A stretch of 64,000 nucleotides of DNA from a virus (IMGVR_UViG_3300012942_000041:1-64000), one strand, 5' to 3'. Shown: positions 1-10,400, counted from the first letter of the stretch. The notes: a model not told the origin generated them from the sequence alone. Program-made: numbers and translations.

Positions 1-75
1 CCGAGCAGGCCGGCGTCGACCATGCGCTGGAGCAGCGGCGGGGCCGCGTACAGCGGCTCCTTGTACTCGTAGTAC
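1..75 (-). pseudogene. C-terminal fragment of host 3-hydroxybutyryl-CoA (3-hydroxyacyl-CoA) dehydrogenase, separated from its N-terminal part at the prophage junction
   Basis: Minus strand reads YYEYKEPLYAAPPLLQRMVDAGLL(G), the characteristic 3HCDH C-terminal motif. The similarity stops at about nt 75. Confidence 0.75.
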
Positions 76-192
76 TGCGGCCCGTTCCGGGTGTTTCCGC
101 TGGTGGCTGTTCGATTGGGGCGGCGGGGGTGGGGGGAGGGCTGTGACGTGCTGCGTCACGCTAGCGGTTGGTTAGCAGTTGCGTGACGCTTC

Positions 193-253
193 TGGATCTC
201 TACGGGCGCCGGACGGTGACGTATCCTGTCGCACTTGGTGTGGATCTATACGG
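193..253 (+). repeat. Direct repeat TGGATCT(C/A)TACGG at 193-205 and 241-253; candidate recombinase arm or RDF sites
   Basis: 12 of 13 nt identical, 48 bp apart, about 120-180 bp inside the junction. Confidence 0.4.
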
Positions 254-299
254 TCACCGCCCGAAGATCACCACGGGAAGCGGGGGATGGCCTGCGCCT

Positions 300-560
300 T
301 CACGAGTGGTGCGCGGTCGGCGTTCCCGGGTGGTAGGGCCAGCCGTAGCGGTGCGCGGCGACCTCCCGCTGGCGCTCCATCACGATCGTGCACGAGGGGC
401 AGGCCTGGACGTCGATCGGGCCGCCGCCGGGGAGGAGCTGGCCGACGCGGGCGGTGGGGACATCGCTGCGGCGGCAGCGGAAGCACGAGTGGCCGTCGAT
501 CCACGTGTAGGAGGCGACGACCTCCTCCACGGGGGTGAAGGGCTGGGCTGAGTCGGTCAT
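300..560 (-). CDS. Small CxxC...CxxC protein (86 aa)
   Basis: ORF MTDSAQPF.. with two CxxC pairs. Confidence 0.6.
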   Translation of the reverse strand: MTDSAQPFTPVEEVVASYTWIDGHSCFRCRRSDVPTARVGQLLPGGGPIDVQACPSCTIVMERQREVAAHRYGWPYHPGTPTAHHS

Positions 561-834
561 GGTGCCCCTGCGCGATTGTGTGTCCGATTGGGCTGCCTGG
601 TGCACTAGTTGTGGTTCGTATGCAAGCTAGCCGCGTGAGGTTTGCATATGCCAGAGAGCCTACGGTCAGGCCCTCGCCGAAGAACCCCTGATCACCCACG
701 ATTGTGATCACGGGGTGTGATCTGCGGTTGCACGTTGCGTGTATTTCACAGCTAAATCTGCAGCTTCCCATGGTGGCGGAAACTGACGCATCGATGCTGC
801 TGACTTAAGATCATGAAGCGGCAAGCGTGGACGC

Positions 835-1089
835 GTGCCCCGCCCCGACCTCCCGCCGCACATCCTGCGGCGCCGCCAACAAGTCGGGGACCGTGTGCGT
901 GACCTGCGCAAACGCGCCGGACTCAGCCAAGAAGACCTCGCCGAACACGCCGGCGTCACCCGGTACACCGTCTACCGCACCGAGAACGCCACCTCAGCCG
1001 TGATGCTCGACGTCCTGTGGATGCTCGCCGACGCCCTCGGAGTGCACCCGAGAGAGTTACTTCCGGACGACCCCGCACCCAGAGAGTGA
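835..1089 (+). CDS. XRE-family HTH regulator containing a TTA codon
   Basis: VRDLRKRAGLSQEDLAEHAGVTRYTVYRTE HTH_3 motif; in-frame TTA at 1057-1059. Confidence 0.9.
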   Translation: MPRPDLPPHILRRRQQVGDRVRDLRKRAGLSQEDLAEHAGVTRYTVYRTENATSAVMLDVLWMLADALGVHPRELLPDDPAPRE

Positions 1090-1335
1090 ACATCAAGCGC
1101 AGGCAAAGCCGGTTGCGAAGCTGATCACCGCGCGCCCCTCATTCGCCCAGGTCCGCCCCCATTTGAGGTGATCACGACGCGTCGGAGCCCGGCACCGGAT
1201 CGCGTCCCCAGTGCCGGGCTCCAGCCGTCTCCGCGTGCCTGCTGCCGGGGCCCGGCCACCGCACCGCCGCGGCACAGCACCGGGCCCCGGCCCCGACCCG
1301 CCGGACGCCACGGGGGACGGCGCCCGGCGGGGGCT

Positions 1336-1551
1336 CTATCCGGCGGCCCGCTTCCGGGCCTCGGCGACCTGCGCCAGGCGCTGGATCCCGCGCGGGCACG
1401 TCCGGTGCGCCACCAGCCAACCCCCGGGCCCGGACTGCGTCTCCCACGAACCGACGATGATGCCGTGCTCCCGATCCGCCCACTCCCGGCAGTTCACACA
1501 CCGGCCGGCCGCGGGGGAGGCAGGCGGCCTGACTTCGTTGGCGCCGTTCAT
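1336..1551 (-). CDS. Small Cys/His hypothetical protein
   Basis: ATGA overlap with the upstream ORF; CxxC and HxxC motifs. Confidence 0.55.
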   Translation of the reverse strand: MNGANEVRPPASPAAGRCVNCREWADREHGIIVGSWETQSGPGGWLVAHRTCPRGIQRLAQVAEARKRAAG

Positions 1552-1742
1552 CGGGCGGTCTCCTCGGGGGCGGCGGGCTGGTTCTCGGGGTGGCAGTCGC
1601 AGGCGCAGTCGGGTGCGAGCCGCATCTGCTCGCCGTCGACGTCGTGCACGCCGGACCCGGCGCACATGCGGTGCGCCTCCGGCCATTCCAGGTCGGCGGC
1701 GGTGAAGCACGCGGGCGAGATCCACAGCCTGGTCGCGCTCAT
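1548..1742 (-). CDS. Small Cys-rich hypothetical protein
   Basis: ATGA overlaps; CACDCH motif. Confidence 0.55.
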   Translation of the reverse strand: MSATRLWISPACFTAADLEWPEAHRMCAGSGVHDVDGEQMRLAPDCACDCHPENQPAAPEETAR

Positions 1743-1966
1743 GCCCGCGCCCATTCCGGGTGCGCGTCGATGCGGTGCCACGTCAACCGGACCCGCGCCA
1801 CCACGTGATCCCGTGCCGGCGTGCCCGGGTCCCGGGCCTCGGAGATCAGCCGGGCGCAGGTCGCGCACGGCGCCCCGCTCTTCCCGCCGATGGCCCGGCC
1901 GATGGCGGCCCGGGCTTTCCCCGCGAGCTGTTCCGCGCCGAGCGCAGGGCCCGTATCCTGGGCCAT
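1739..1966 (-). CDS. Small hypothetical protein
   Basis: First gene of three translationally coupled ORFs divergent from the GntR gene. Confidence 0.5.
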   Translation of the reverse strand: MAQDTGPALGAEQLAGKARAAIGRAIGGKSGAPCATCARLISEARDPGTPARDHVVARVRLTWHRIDAHPEWARA

Positions 1967-2049
1967 ACCGACCACCCCATTTGGTCGCACCGCCCCCGCA
2001 GGCCAGGCCCGGCCGCGGGGGCGTTCGTTTGTCTGCTGCCTCCTACAGT

Positions 2050-2067
2050 AGAGGTGACGTCACCTCT
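2050..2067. promoter_or_regulatory. Perfect 18-bp palindrome AGAGGTGACGTCACCTCT; candidate GntR operator
   Basis: Lies between divergent genes; extra GTCACC half-sites at about 2069 and 2109. Confidence 0.65.
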
Positions 2068-2134
2068 CGTCACCTCCCGAGAGCGGACGTCCCTGGACGA
2101 GCGGGGTCGTCACCCCGCTCGTAGCGTCGAGATC

Positions 2135-2407
2135 ATGGAGGCTGACGCGCGCTACCAGTACGAGCGGATCGCAGACGACATCGCACAGCAGGTCGCCGAC
2201 GGGCGCCTGCAACCGGGCGCGCGCCTGCCCAACCGCGACGAACTCGCAGCCCAGTACGGCGTCTCCCACAAGACGTCCGGCCGGGCGGTGCGGCTACTCG
2301 CCGAACGCGGCATCGTCGCCGTCCGCAAAACCGGCACCATCATCCTCGGCACCCCGCAGCCGGCGCCGGAGCCAGCCGGGGACGAGATCGAACAGCCCGA
2401 GGAGTAG
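2135..2407 (+). CDS. GntR-family wHTH regulator (DNA-binding domain only)
   Basis: YERIADDIAQQVADGRLQPGARLPNRDELAAQYGVS..AVRLL. Confidence 0.9.
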   Translation: MEADARYQYERIADDIAQQVADGRLQPGARLPNRDELAAQYGVSHKTSGRAVRLLAERGIVAVRKTGTIILGTPQPAPEPAGDEIEQPEE

Positions 2408-2561
2408 CGGGCACCCCACGCGTCCACGGCGCGGCGTCGACGTTTCGAGAGCTCAATCCGATCCGGTCCTGAACCCGCCTGACGAGGCCTGAACCCGGCC
2501 CGAACCCCGCGTCACCAGACGCCACCGGTGCCAGTCTGGATCCCTCACCCAGGGGGGATCG

Positions 2562-3122
2562 ATGAACCACCGCACCACCGCCGGCGTGCTGCTCGCCGTC
2601 GTCCTGGCCGCCGTCGCGGGCTGCCAGGACTACACCACCGCCGCGAGCCCATCCGCTCCCGCCGCCACGGCGCCGTCAGCAGCTGCGGCGGCCGAGCTCG
2701 TGACGCTGCACGGCAGCACGTCGAGCGACGGCGTGACGATGAGCGTGACCGCAACACCCGGGACACCGGACGACTACGGCAACGTCACCTACAACGCCAC
2801 CGTCGAGTTCCGGAACACCACCAAAGAGCCGGTGGACGTGTCTGCCGGGTTCGAGGTGCAGACCGCGGACGGGTACGGCGGCGGCGTGGGCGCGGTCGAC
2901 GCCAGCGACATCCGGGCCGGCGGCACGGCGACGGAGTCGACCACGGTGACGTTCTCCGACGCCACCGGCCAGTCGACGCACCTCGCGGACCTCCACGTGT
3001 ACGTGGAGCCCACGATCGCGGGGGACACCGCGCCCGCCACCAGCAGCGGCAGCAGCAGCGGCAGTTCCCGCCCGCACCTGCACGTCTGCGCCGGCACCCG
3101 CCACATCCACCTGTGTTCCTGA
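2562..3122 (+). CDS. Lipoprotein with an Ig-like beta domain; possible superinfection-exclusion gene
   Basis: Signal peptide and lipobox VAGC; beta-rich domain; orientation opposite to the lytic genes. Confidence 0.7.
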   Translation: MNHRTTAGVLLAVVLAAVAGCQDYTTAASPSAPAATAPSAAAAAELVTLHGSTSSDGVTMSVTATPGTPDDYGNVTYNATVEFRNTTKEPVDVSAGFEVQTADGYGGGVGAVDASDIRAGGTATESTTVTFSDATGQSTHLADLHVYVEPTIAGDTAPATSSGSSSGSSRPHLHVCAGTRHIHLCS

Positions 3123-3188
3123 CGGATCGGCATAGTCCACGCCTGGTCAGCGGCGTGATACGGCTGTGACCCGTGGGATCATGGTGGT

Positions 3189-3407
3189 ATGCCCGACGAC
3201 CCCGCTGCGCTGCGCCGTGACCTCGACCAAGCGCAAGCCGCGATCGCCGACCTCACCCAGCGCGTCCGCAACCAGTGGACCCCCGAGGCATCCGCCGAAC
3301 TCCAGCGGCTCCGAGGCCAGTACGTCGCCGCGTTCGTCGCCTGGCGCCGCGCTGTGCGCGAGGCGGACGCCGACCGGGAGGGCGAACCACTGGCCGCCGC
3401 AGCCTGA
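3189..3407 (+). CDS. Small helical hypothetical protein
   Basis: 72-aa ORF followed by a terminator hairpin. Confidence 0.6.
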   Translation: MPDDPAALRRDLDQAQAAIADLTQRVRNQWTPEASAELQRLRGQYVAAFVAWRRAVREADADREGEPLAAAA

Positions 3408-3421
3408 CCCGGGAACAGCAA

Positions 3422-3454
3422 GAGCGCCCCACCCCGCGAAGGGGTGGGGCGCTC
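3422..3454. terminator. Stem-loop terminator
   Basis: GAGCGCCCCACCCC-gcgaa-GGGGTGGGGCGCTC. Confidence 0.7.
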
Positions 3455-3553
3455 AATCCCGGCCCGGGATAGCTGCCTGGCTAGGGCCACCGGGCCGAGT
3501 CATCTCCGCAATGAACCCAGCATGCCACGCTCCGCAGCCCGGGCACAGCAGAA

Positions 3554-3585
3554 CGGCCCCACCCGCACGATGGCGGGTGGGGCCG
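3554..3585. terminator. Stem-loop terminator at the end of the late operon
   Basis: CGGCCCCACCCGC...GCGGGTGGGGCCG. Confidence 0.65.
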
Positions 3586-3736
3586 AACGCTGTTGTCTCC
3601 GGGGGCCTCTAACCCCGCGCGGACTCATGGCCCCCAGGTCGGGGCGCCGCCATCGGGAGGGTCCGGTCACCCGGTCCCGGCTGATCCCGGCAGACAACAC
3701 GGTGGCTGGCTGCCCAAGAGCAGCCTAGCCGCCGGG

Positions 3737-4678
3737 CTACGGCTGGGTGCCGTTGACGGTGACGTCCACGTGCACCACATCCGCCGCCAGAGCCTGCGCG
3801 ATCGCCGCCGGGGTGAGGGCGGCCAGGGCCTTGGTGATCGCGGTGACCTGCGAGGTCAGCGCCTGCACCTGCGCCTCCAGCGCCGCCACGGTCGTGCTCA
3901 CCGCCGCAACCGACTTGGCGGCGGCCGTCGCCTGCGCCGCAGCGGTCGCGGACTGGGTCGCGGTGTCGATCAGCCGCTGATGCATGTCCACCTCGGCTGG
4001 CTTCGCCGAGGGGTTCTTGTACGCCCACACCGTCTGGGCGTCGGCGGGGGTCAGGGGCATGTCGGCCTCCGGGTTGATGAGGGCGGCCAGGTCGGCGGCC
4101 GTCCCGTGGAAGATCGAGGCATCGCAGGCGGATGCGATGCCGGGGAAAGAACGGGTGTCGGTGTACTGCCACAGCTCGTGCGGCACCGCGGTGGGCTCTG
4201 TGCCGCCGTAGGCGGCGATCCACGTCCGCGAGGACGGCAGCCGGGCGGCGGCCAGGTTGTGCGACTGCCAGAAGTACTCACCCGAGTACGCCCAGTCGAC
4301 GCCGCCGAGCCGGCGGGCGACCACCGCCATCCACGCCTCCAGGCGGCCGGACTGGTCGCCGTCGCCTTCCTCCAGGTCGCAGATGGGCCATTCGCCCGGC
4401 TCCAGCGTGCCGATCAGGTCGCAGAACTCGTTGGCCTGGGTCGCGGCGTCGCGGTCCTTGACGAGGTACTGGTACAGGCCGCGCAGGTAGGCACCCGCCG
4501 CCTTGGCCCCGGCCCGGTTGGCGGTGGCGTACTCGTCCGCGCGGCGCCCGTTGTGCATCCGGATGATGACGGCCGGATAGGCGGCGGCCACCAGCTTCGC
4601 CCAGTCAATCTTCCCTTGGAACTCGGAGACGTCCGGCAGGACGATCGAGATGCCCGCCCCGGAGGTAGTCGCGCTCAC
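3737..4678 (-). CDS. Endolysin, GH25 muramidase with an Ala-rich C-terminal coiled coil
   Basis: DVSEFQGKIDW, ICDLEEG, WIAAYG, LWQYTD and CDASIFHG GH25 motifs. Confidence 0.9.
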   Translation of the reverse strand: MSATTSGAGISIVLPDVSEFQGKIDWAKLVAAAYPAVIIRMHNGRRADEYATANRAGAKAAGAYLRGLYQYLVKDRDAATQANEFCDLIGTLEPGEWPICDLEEGDGDQSGRLEAWMAVVARRLGGVDWAYSGEYFWQSHNLAAARLPSSRTWIAAYGGTEPTAVPHELWQYTDTRSFPGIASACDASIFHGTAADLAALINPEADMPLTPADAQTVWAYKNPSAKPAEVDMHQRLIDTATQSATAAAQATAAAKSVAAVSTTVAALEAQVQALTSQVTAITKALAALTPAAIAQALAADVVHVDVTVNGTQP

Positions 4679-4683
4679 GGGGC

Positions 4684-5400
4684 CTACTTCTTGAGCCGGT
4701 TGAGGTCGGCGGTCAGCGCGTCGATGGCGAGGCCGTGCCCGTCGCCGGCCGCGAGCTCGCCAGTGAGGACGGCCCAGGCTTCGTCGGCCATGTAGTGCCA
4801 CGCGGAGTACGCGATCGGCTGGACCTTGCCCCAGGTCACCACGTACAGGTACTGCGAGTCGTAGCCGACGATCGGCACGCAGTGCCCACCGGCGGCAGGG
4901 GAGTCGAGGGACTCCAGCGTCCACGGCTGCCCGTCGGCGAAGTCGGTCTCCATCTGCTCGGTGACGGTGATGCCGGTGTAGGCGGCGTCGTAGGCCCACA
5001 CCGCGAACTGCAGCGTCGGCACGTCCCGAACGGCGACGGGGGCGTAGGCCGTGACCTTGTGCCCGTAGTAGCCGTGCTGGCGGACGTAGGCCAGGTAGTC
5101 GGAGAGGACGACGCCGGAGTCCTTGCCGCCGGTGTAGTGCAGGTAGTAGTCGACGCACTGCTGCTCGGTCGGGAACTTCTCCGTCAGCTTGGTGTCGGCG
5201 GCGTCGGCCATGAACTGGTGCTGCAGCCCGGCGACGCCGCAGTCGCCGTACTTCGAGTTCCCAAGGATCCCCCAGTCGGCGATCGCCGCGACCGCGGCGG
5301 AGGCGGGGGCCTTCGGGAGGCGGCCGGGGGCGTAGTGGGTGAGGTCGTGCAGGCCGACCGGGACCTGTCCGGGGAGACGGCCGTACATGAGCTGAGACAA
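4684..5400 (-). CDS. Papain-like cysteine peptidase in the lysis cassette
   Basis: GNSKYGDC (Cys), GGHCVPIVGYD (His) and VVTWG motifs; TTG start with GGAGG RBS. Confidence 0.7.
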   Translation of the reverse strand: MSQLMYGRLPGQVPVGLHDLTHYAPGRLPKAPASAAVAAIADWGILGNSKYGDCGVAGLQHQFMADAADTKLTEKFPTEQQCVDYYLHYTGGKDSGVVLSDYLAYVRQHGYYGHKVTAYAPVAVRDVPTLQFAVWAYDAAYTGITVTEQMETDFADGQPWTLESLDSPAAGGHCVPIVGYDSQYLYVVTWGKVQPIAYSAWHYMADEAWAVLTGELAAGDGHGLAIDALTADLNRLKK

Positions 5401-5468
5401 CAGGGCCTCCGAGGGTGAGCATGAGAAAACCCCCGGGCCGGGGCGGCGCGGGGGCGGTGGACGGTTGG

Positions 5469-5819
5469 TCAGTTCGCGGGCTCGGCAGGCGCCGGCTCGT
5501 CGCGGTGCCGCCAGGGCCGGAGGGCGTCGTCGGGGAGTTCGCCGTGGACGTGGAACCGGTGGAGCTCTTCGACCTGCCGGCCGATCGCGTCGAGGCGGGC
5601 GCGGTGCTCCAGGTGCCGGGCGTGAGCCTCTTGGGCGCGGGCTTCGTGTTCGCCGTCGATGCGGCGTCGGATCAGCAGGTGGTGCGTGATCAGCGCCGGG
5701 GTGCCCCAGATGACGGACGCGGCCAAGTTGGGCCAGATCGCCCCGAACTGGGCGACCAGCAGCCACACCGACACCCCGACGGCCGCCGCGGCGAGCACCG
5801 CCCAGCGGGCCCGGGTCAC
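5469..5819 (-). CDS. Holin-like membrane protein
   Basis: Two N-terminal hydrophobic segments and a charged tail; lysis-cassette position. Confidence 0.55.
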   Translation of the reverse strand: MTRARWAVLAAAAVGVSVWLLVAQFGAIWPNLAASVIWGTPALITHHLLIRRRIDGEHEARAQEAHARHLEHRARLDAIGRQVEELHRFHVHGELPDDALRPWRHRDEPAPAEPAN

Positions 5820-6331
5820 CGCTTCACCTCCACGCCTAGCTGCACGCACACATCCGCGACCAAGGTCAGCCCCACCGTGCACCGCCGCGACGGCGACGGG
5901 GACGGCGACGGGCTGGGGGAGGAGCTGGTAGCCGGCGGCGTCGGGGACGCTGATGCGGTCGGCCGCGGCCACGCCGACCGAGGCGCGGGCGCCGGCCCCG
6001 ACGACGCGGACGGCGTCGGCAAGGCGCTCGCAGGGTAGTTCGCGACCAGCACCGGGATCAGCGACGCGGTAGGCGACGCCGCAGCGGATACGGCGACAGC
6101 CGGAGACGACGGCGCGGGCGACGGCGAACTGCCCGTGCCGGTGGTCGCCGACGGAGCCGGGCCGGCCGGTGCCGCCGACACCGACGGCGATGGCCCCGCC
6201 AACTCCGGCACCCCACCGCCGCCGGGGTGGACGAGGACTGCCGCCGCCGTCACGGCTGCGACCGTCACTGCTGAGGGGATCGCTACCTGTCCCGCGCGGT
6301 GTGCCCACGCGCTGTGCACCCATCCCGGCAC
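5816..6331 (-). CDS. Membrane-anchored Pro/Ser-rich protein
   Basis: N-terminal TM segment, PS-repeat linker, C-terminal Cys pair. Confidence 0.55.
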   Translation of the reverse strand: MPGWVHSAWAHRAGQVAIPSAVTVAAVTAAAVLVHPGGGGVPELAGPSPSVSAAPAGPAPSATTGTGSSPSPAPSSPAVAVSAAASPTASLIPVLVANYPASALPTPSASSGPAPAPRSAWPRPTASASPTPPATSSSPSPSPSPSPSRRCTVGLTLVADVCVQLGVEVKR

Positions 6332-6337
6332 CCGTCC

Positions 6338-6661
6338 TCAGCTCCCTTTCGTCCAGATCGTCACGAGGATCGCCCCGACCGCGATCACGGCCTGCAGCAG
6401 CCCGGTGAGGATGATCGTCTGCCAGTGGCGGCGCCCGGTGTCCTCGTGCTGCGCTGACTCCCGCACGTGCTGCGCGAAGTCCCGGCGCAACTCCGACACG
6501 TCGCTCTGCGCCTCCGCCAGCTCGGCCTTGAGCCCGGCGAAGCGGTAGTCGGTGCTGCGCTGATCCGCCGCGTAGGCATCCCGGCTGACTAGCCCCTGCA
6601 CCAAGATCCGCAAGTCGTCCAGGCGGCGCCCCAGCTCAGCATTCGACGGGTCATCCGACAC
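6338..6661 (-). CDS. Coiled-coil protein with C-terminal TM (lysis-associated)
   Basis: SDDPSNAELGRRLDD.. followed by a coiled coil and terminal TM, typical of actinophage lysis cassettes. Confidence 0.65.
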   Translation of the reverse strand: MSDDPSNAELGRRLDDLRILVQGLVSRDAYAADQRSTDYRFAGLKAELAEAQSDVSELRRDFAQHVRESAQHEDTGRRHWQTIILTGLLQAVIAVGAILVTIWTKGS

Positions 6662-6694
6662 GCGCACCGCCCCTCACATCGAGGAAGACCCGGG

Positions 6695-6937
6695 CTACTG
6701 GAAAGCGATCGGGTCCATCGTCGCGTTAGCCAACCTAGAGTCATAGGTGATGGCCTGCTTGGTTACCATGATCTCGGTGCCCGTCGGCCACGCGCAGCCC
6801 TTCAACGCGGTGATGATTTCCACCGCGAGGTCATCGGTCATGCCGTCGCCAGCCTCCAAGTTCCCCAGCCACTGCGTCATCGCATTCGGGAGCTGCACGA
6901 GAAACTGGTAAATGGTGTCCGTCGAGATGTTTGCCAC
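6695..6937 (-). CDS. Hypothetical protein in the tail region
   Basis: 80-aa ORF in the operon. Confidence 0.6.
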   Translation of the reverse strand: MANISTDTIYQFLVQLPNAMTQWLGNLEAGDGMTDDLAVEIITALKGCAWPTGTEIMVTKQAITYDSRLANATMDPIAFQ

Positions 6938-6946
6938 GACGCCCCC

Positions 6947-7483
6947 TTAGGCGTGGATGAATCGGGCTGAGAATTCGGCTGTGACTCCGCCTGTAGAGGA
7001 CAACGAGAGAGGATTCCCGCTGTTCTGATAGGTCCACATCCAGATCGTGTCACCCGCGTTGAGCTGGACTCGCGCCGACGACCGTACCGACACCAGGCCG
7101 GGGCCGCCCGAAGTCCACGTCTCCGACCCGGTCATGGTCGAGCCGCTCGTGTTCAGGCTGAATGCGAGCGCCCGGGACCCGGCCGAGCTGGCCGCGAAAT
7201 TCTCGAAACCATCGATCTGATACCATCCGGCGACGGGAACCGTCCATGCATTCGTGGACGAATTCCAGCCGCCATAGGGGTCTAGGACGAGGGTTTCCAG
7301 GGGAACGGTCAGGTACGGCGAGATACCGCCACTGGGGACGCTGGTTCCCGTATTCGACCGGGCGAGGAACATCGGCGGGTTCAACGCGAACGTGATCGCG
7401 TTGACGAGGACGTTCCACGCCGCGCTGGTGATGTAGTTGCCGGGTACCTCGGTCGAAAGGACGGGCAGCGGAAGACCGGTCAA
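6947..7483 (-). CDS. Minor tail / receptor-binding protein with a C1q-like jelly-roll
   Basis: WTVPVAGWYQIDG..VQLNAGDTIWM pattern. Confidence 0.65.
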   Translation of the reverse strand: MTGLPLPVLSTEVPGNYITSAAWNVLVNAITFALNPPMFLARSNTGTSVPSGGISPYLTVPLETLVLDPYGGWNSSTNAWTVPVAGWYQIDGFENFAASSAGSRALAFSLNTSGSTMTGSETWTSGGPGLVSVRSSARVQLNAGDTIWMWTYQNSGNPLSLSSTGGVTAEFSARFIHA

Positions 7484-7492
7484 TTCCGTCTC

Positions 7493-10400
7493 CTAGTACG
7501 CGAATACGCAGTTGTCGAACTGGGTTCCGGCGTCCCACACGGCCGGGTTGGTGATCCCGGCGGGGAGCGGCTCGCACACCACGTCACCCACCGCATGCGC
7601 CTTCGTGGTGGCGGCGGTGAGAGTGAGGACGCAGCTCGACCAGCCGCTCGCGGTGGCGGCCACGTTCTTGACGGTGACGGTCTCGGCATTGGCGGTGCCC
7701 TGCCCGAGGACGAGTTGCTGGCCGGCGCCGATCTGCGCGGCGGCCGGATTCGCTGTGTCCTGCCCGGGGTTGATGGTGACCGTCGTCGCCCCGGCGCTCA
7801 CTGCCGCGCGCAGCGTGGTGTGGAAGCTCGCGAACGGCACGTAGGGGGAGAGGTCGACGGGGGAGCACTGGAGCGTCAGGGTCGCTTCGCCCGCGTCGGT
7901 GAACGACCAGGCCAGGTTCTCGACGAAGCAGTCGACCTGCGCGGTCGACGCGGCGCTGCGGCGCATGACCCGCACCCGCATCCCCAACTCCAGCGAGAGG
8001 CAGACAGGCCACATCTGCGGGTACGCCGACGGGTGCAGCGTCAGGGAGCTCACACGCGTCGCCGGGTCCCGGTACCGCCCGAGGAGGTAGTTCGCGGCGT
8101 CCTGGCACTCCGACGGGTCGCCGGAGTTGATCGACCGCGCCATGCTGCGGGGGAAGTAGAGGTTCTGCGACGAGGTGTCCTGCGCCGCGAACACCTGCCC
8201 CGTGCTGGTCTGAGTGACCGCGACGACGTTCGCGAGGTGGGTGGAGTCGTAGTCCAGCTCGCAGGCCTCATACGGCCACTCACCCAGATCCGCCCGCTCC
8301 CCGAACACATACGTGGGGGTGAGGGCGTTGTAGCGGGCCGTCCGGGCCCGGAACGTCATCGTCCCGGAGGCGTCGGCGAAGTGCTCCCCGTTCTCCGTCG
8401 TCACCACAGCCTGCAACGCACTGAGGGCATCCGTGCCCGCCAGATCCGACGCCGGACCCATGTTGGTGGTCGACCCGGTCTGCACGTTCTGCGGACCGGT
8501 GTAGCCGGCGTACCGCAGGATCCGCTGATACCGCGCCCCCGACGACTCCCCCGCACAGGCGTTCCGCCACGCCGCATACAACTCAGCGATATCCGACGAC
8601 GACAGGTACGACGGCCACTCAGTGACGAACGCGAGATCACCCTGGTAGTTCCAGGCCGCGTCATTGCCGGTGGACGGGTCGATCCACGCCCCGACCGAGT
8701 CAGCGTTGATCGCCGTCGGCAACGTCGCCGTGTTCACCCCGCCCCAGAACGCGCACTGCCCGTCGATGCTCGCCGTCAGCTCGTTCTTCGACGCCGAATA
8801 CCCGAACGTGAGCAAGTGCCAGTTCTTGTCCATCACGCTCGTGGACCCGAACTCGAATCCCGTGTTCAGGCCGCTGGGCCCGCCGAGAGCAACCTCTACC
8901 CGGCCGCCGTCGTTGACGCACCACTGGAAAAACGACCCGTAGCCCTTCGCGTTGTCCATCGCCGTCCAGAACACCGCGCTGTTTCCCGATGTCGGCGTCG
9001 GCTCCGTGTACCGGATCGCGATCGCCCGCGTCCATGTCCCTCCGAATCCTCCGGTGGGCCCGTGGATGCCTGCCTGGTACAGCGACAGGTACGTCGCCGG
9101 CGCGTACAGATCTGCGGCGGGGCTTGGGTTGGCGATGGTCGCGACGGTGCCGCTGCTGCCGGTGAACACCCCGTTTGCGGGGTCGGCGGCGGTGATGTCC
9201 GTCCCGAACGACCACGAGCCAGCTCCGAGTTTCGCGGTCGAGAGCGGCGCGGGCCCGTTGTTGCCGGTCTGGTCCGCGGCGGACGCGGACCCGTCGGGGT
9301 CGTCGAGGCGGTACAGGAACCGAGGCTGGTGCGCGGTCAGCGACTCGGTCAGCGGGTCGGAGAGTTGGACCTGCGACAGCAGGGAGAGGGCGTCCACGCA
9401 CGTGGGCGTGATCTGTCCCCAGGTGCCGGAGAGTTGCCATGAGGACGGCCACCGCTCCACATACCCCGCGTACACCGGGTACCACACGCCGGGGCAGCAC
9501 CACGCCGATGCCGTGCTGGCGTGTTCGACCTGCCAGCCGTCGACCTGGATCGTGCACGCCGCCGCCGGTGTGGCCGTGCGGTAAAGGCCCACGTCCATGA
9601 CGGCCGCGTTCGCAGGTGCGGTCGCGGTGACCGTCAAAGTGGTCCAGGCGGTAGCGGCGCCGGTGAGCGTGGCAGCGGCACCGGACTGGATCGAGCCGAT
9701 CCGGGCGCCGGTCGCGTCGAGCCACGCGATGTATGCGGCAACGGGGAGGCTGGTGGACGCGGTGATGTTCCGCGCGCGGATCTGCTGCGTGACCGCCGTA
9801 CCGGGCAGCACGTCGACCTGCGGGGTCCACACCACGGAGTTGTTGCCGTTGGGGGAGGTGATGGGCACCGCGAACTGCATGACCGTGGAGCCCTGCCACG
9901 CCGTGCTGCTGGTGACGAACTGCCCGCCGGAGACGTCGAGGTCGGAGAAGATCGACGGCCCGTTGTTGCCGGTGTTGATCGTGCCGAGGGGCTGCCCGCC
10001 GAGGTCTCCGGCGGTGGCCTGCACCTGTGTCAGCAGGTTCCGTGTGGGCGGCCACTGCGCGCGGACCCGCACGGGCTGGTAGGGCTGGATGTGCCCTGCC
10101 CACGGCCCGGCGGTGTTGGTGGGGTCGAGGGCGCTGTCGCGGTTGTCGAGGGTGAGGTCCAGCGTCCCGGACTGCGGCTGATCCAGCTCGTACTGCCGGC
10201 CCCGAGCCACAGCGGTGGTGCCGCGGGTGCGGGGGGCGATGTCGACGTAGCGGTCCAGCGGGGAGTCGCCGCCGTTGGCCCACCACCGCGCGCCCCACCC
10301 GACCTCCATCACGGGCCAGTTGGGGTTCGCCGGCCCGCCTGCGGTGGTGTTGACGTGCGCCACGGTCGCCACCAGCCCGGCGGTCTGGGCGACGACCGTC

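Noticed and set aside
3407-3737. Structured ncRNA or tRNA in the intergenic region
   Set aside because: Only two terminator-like hairpins between convergent genes; no cloverleaf or known RNA motif recognised
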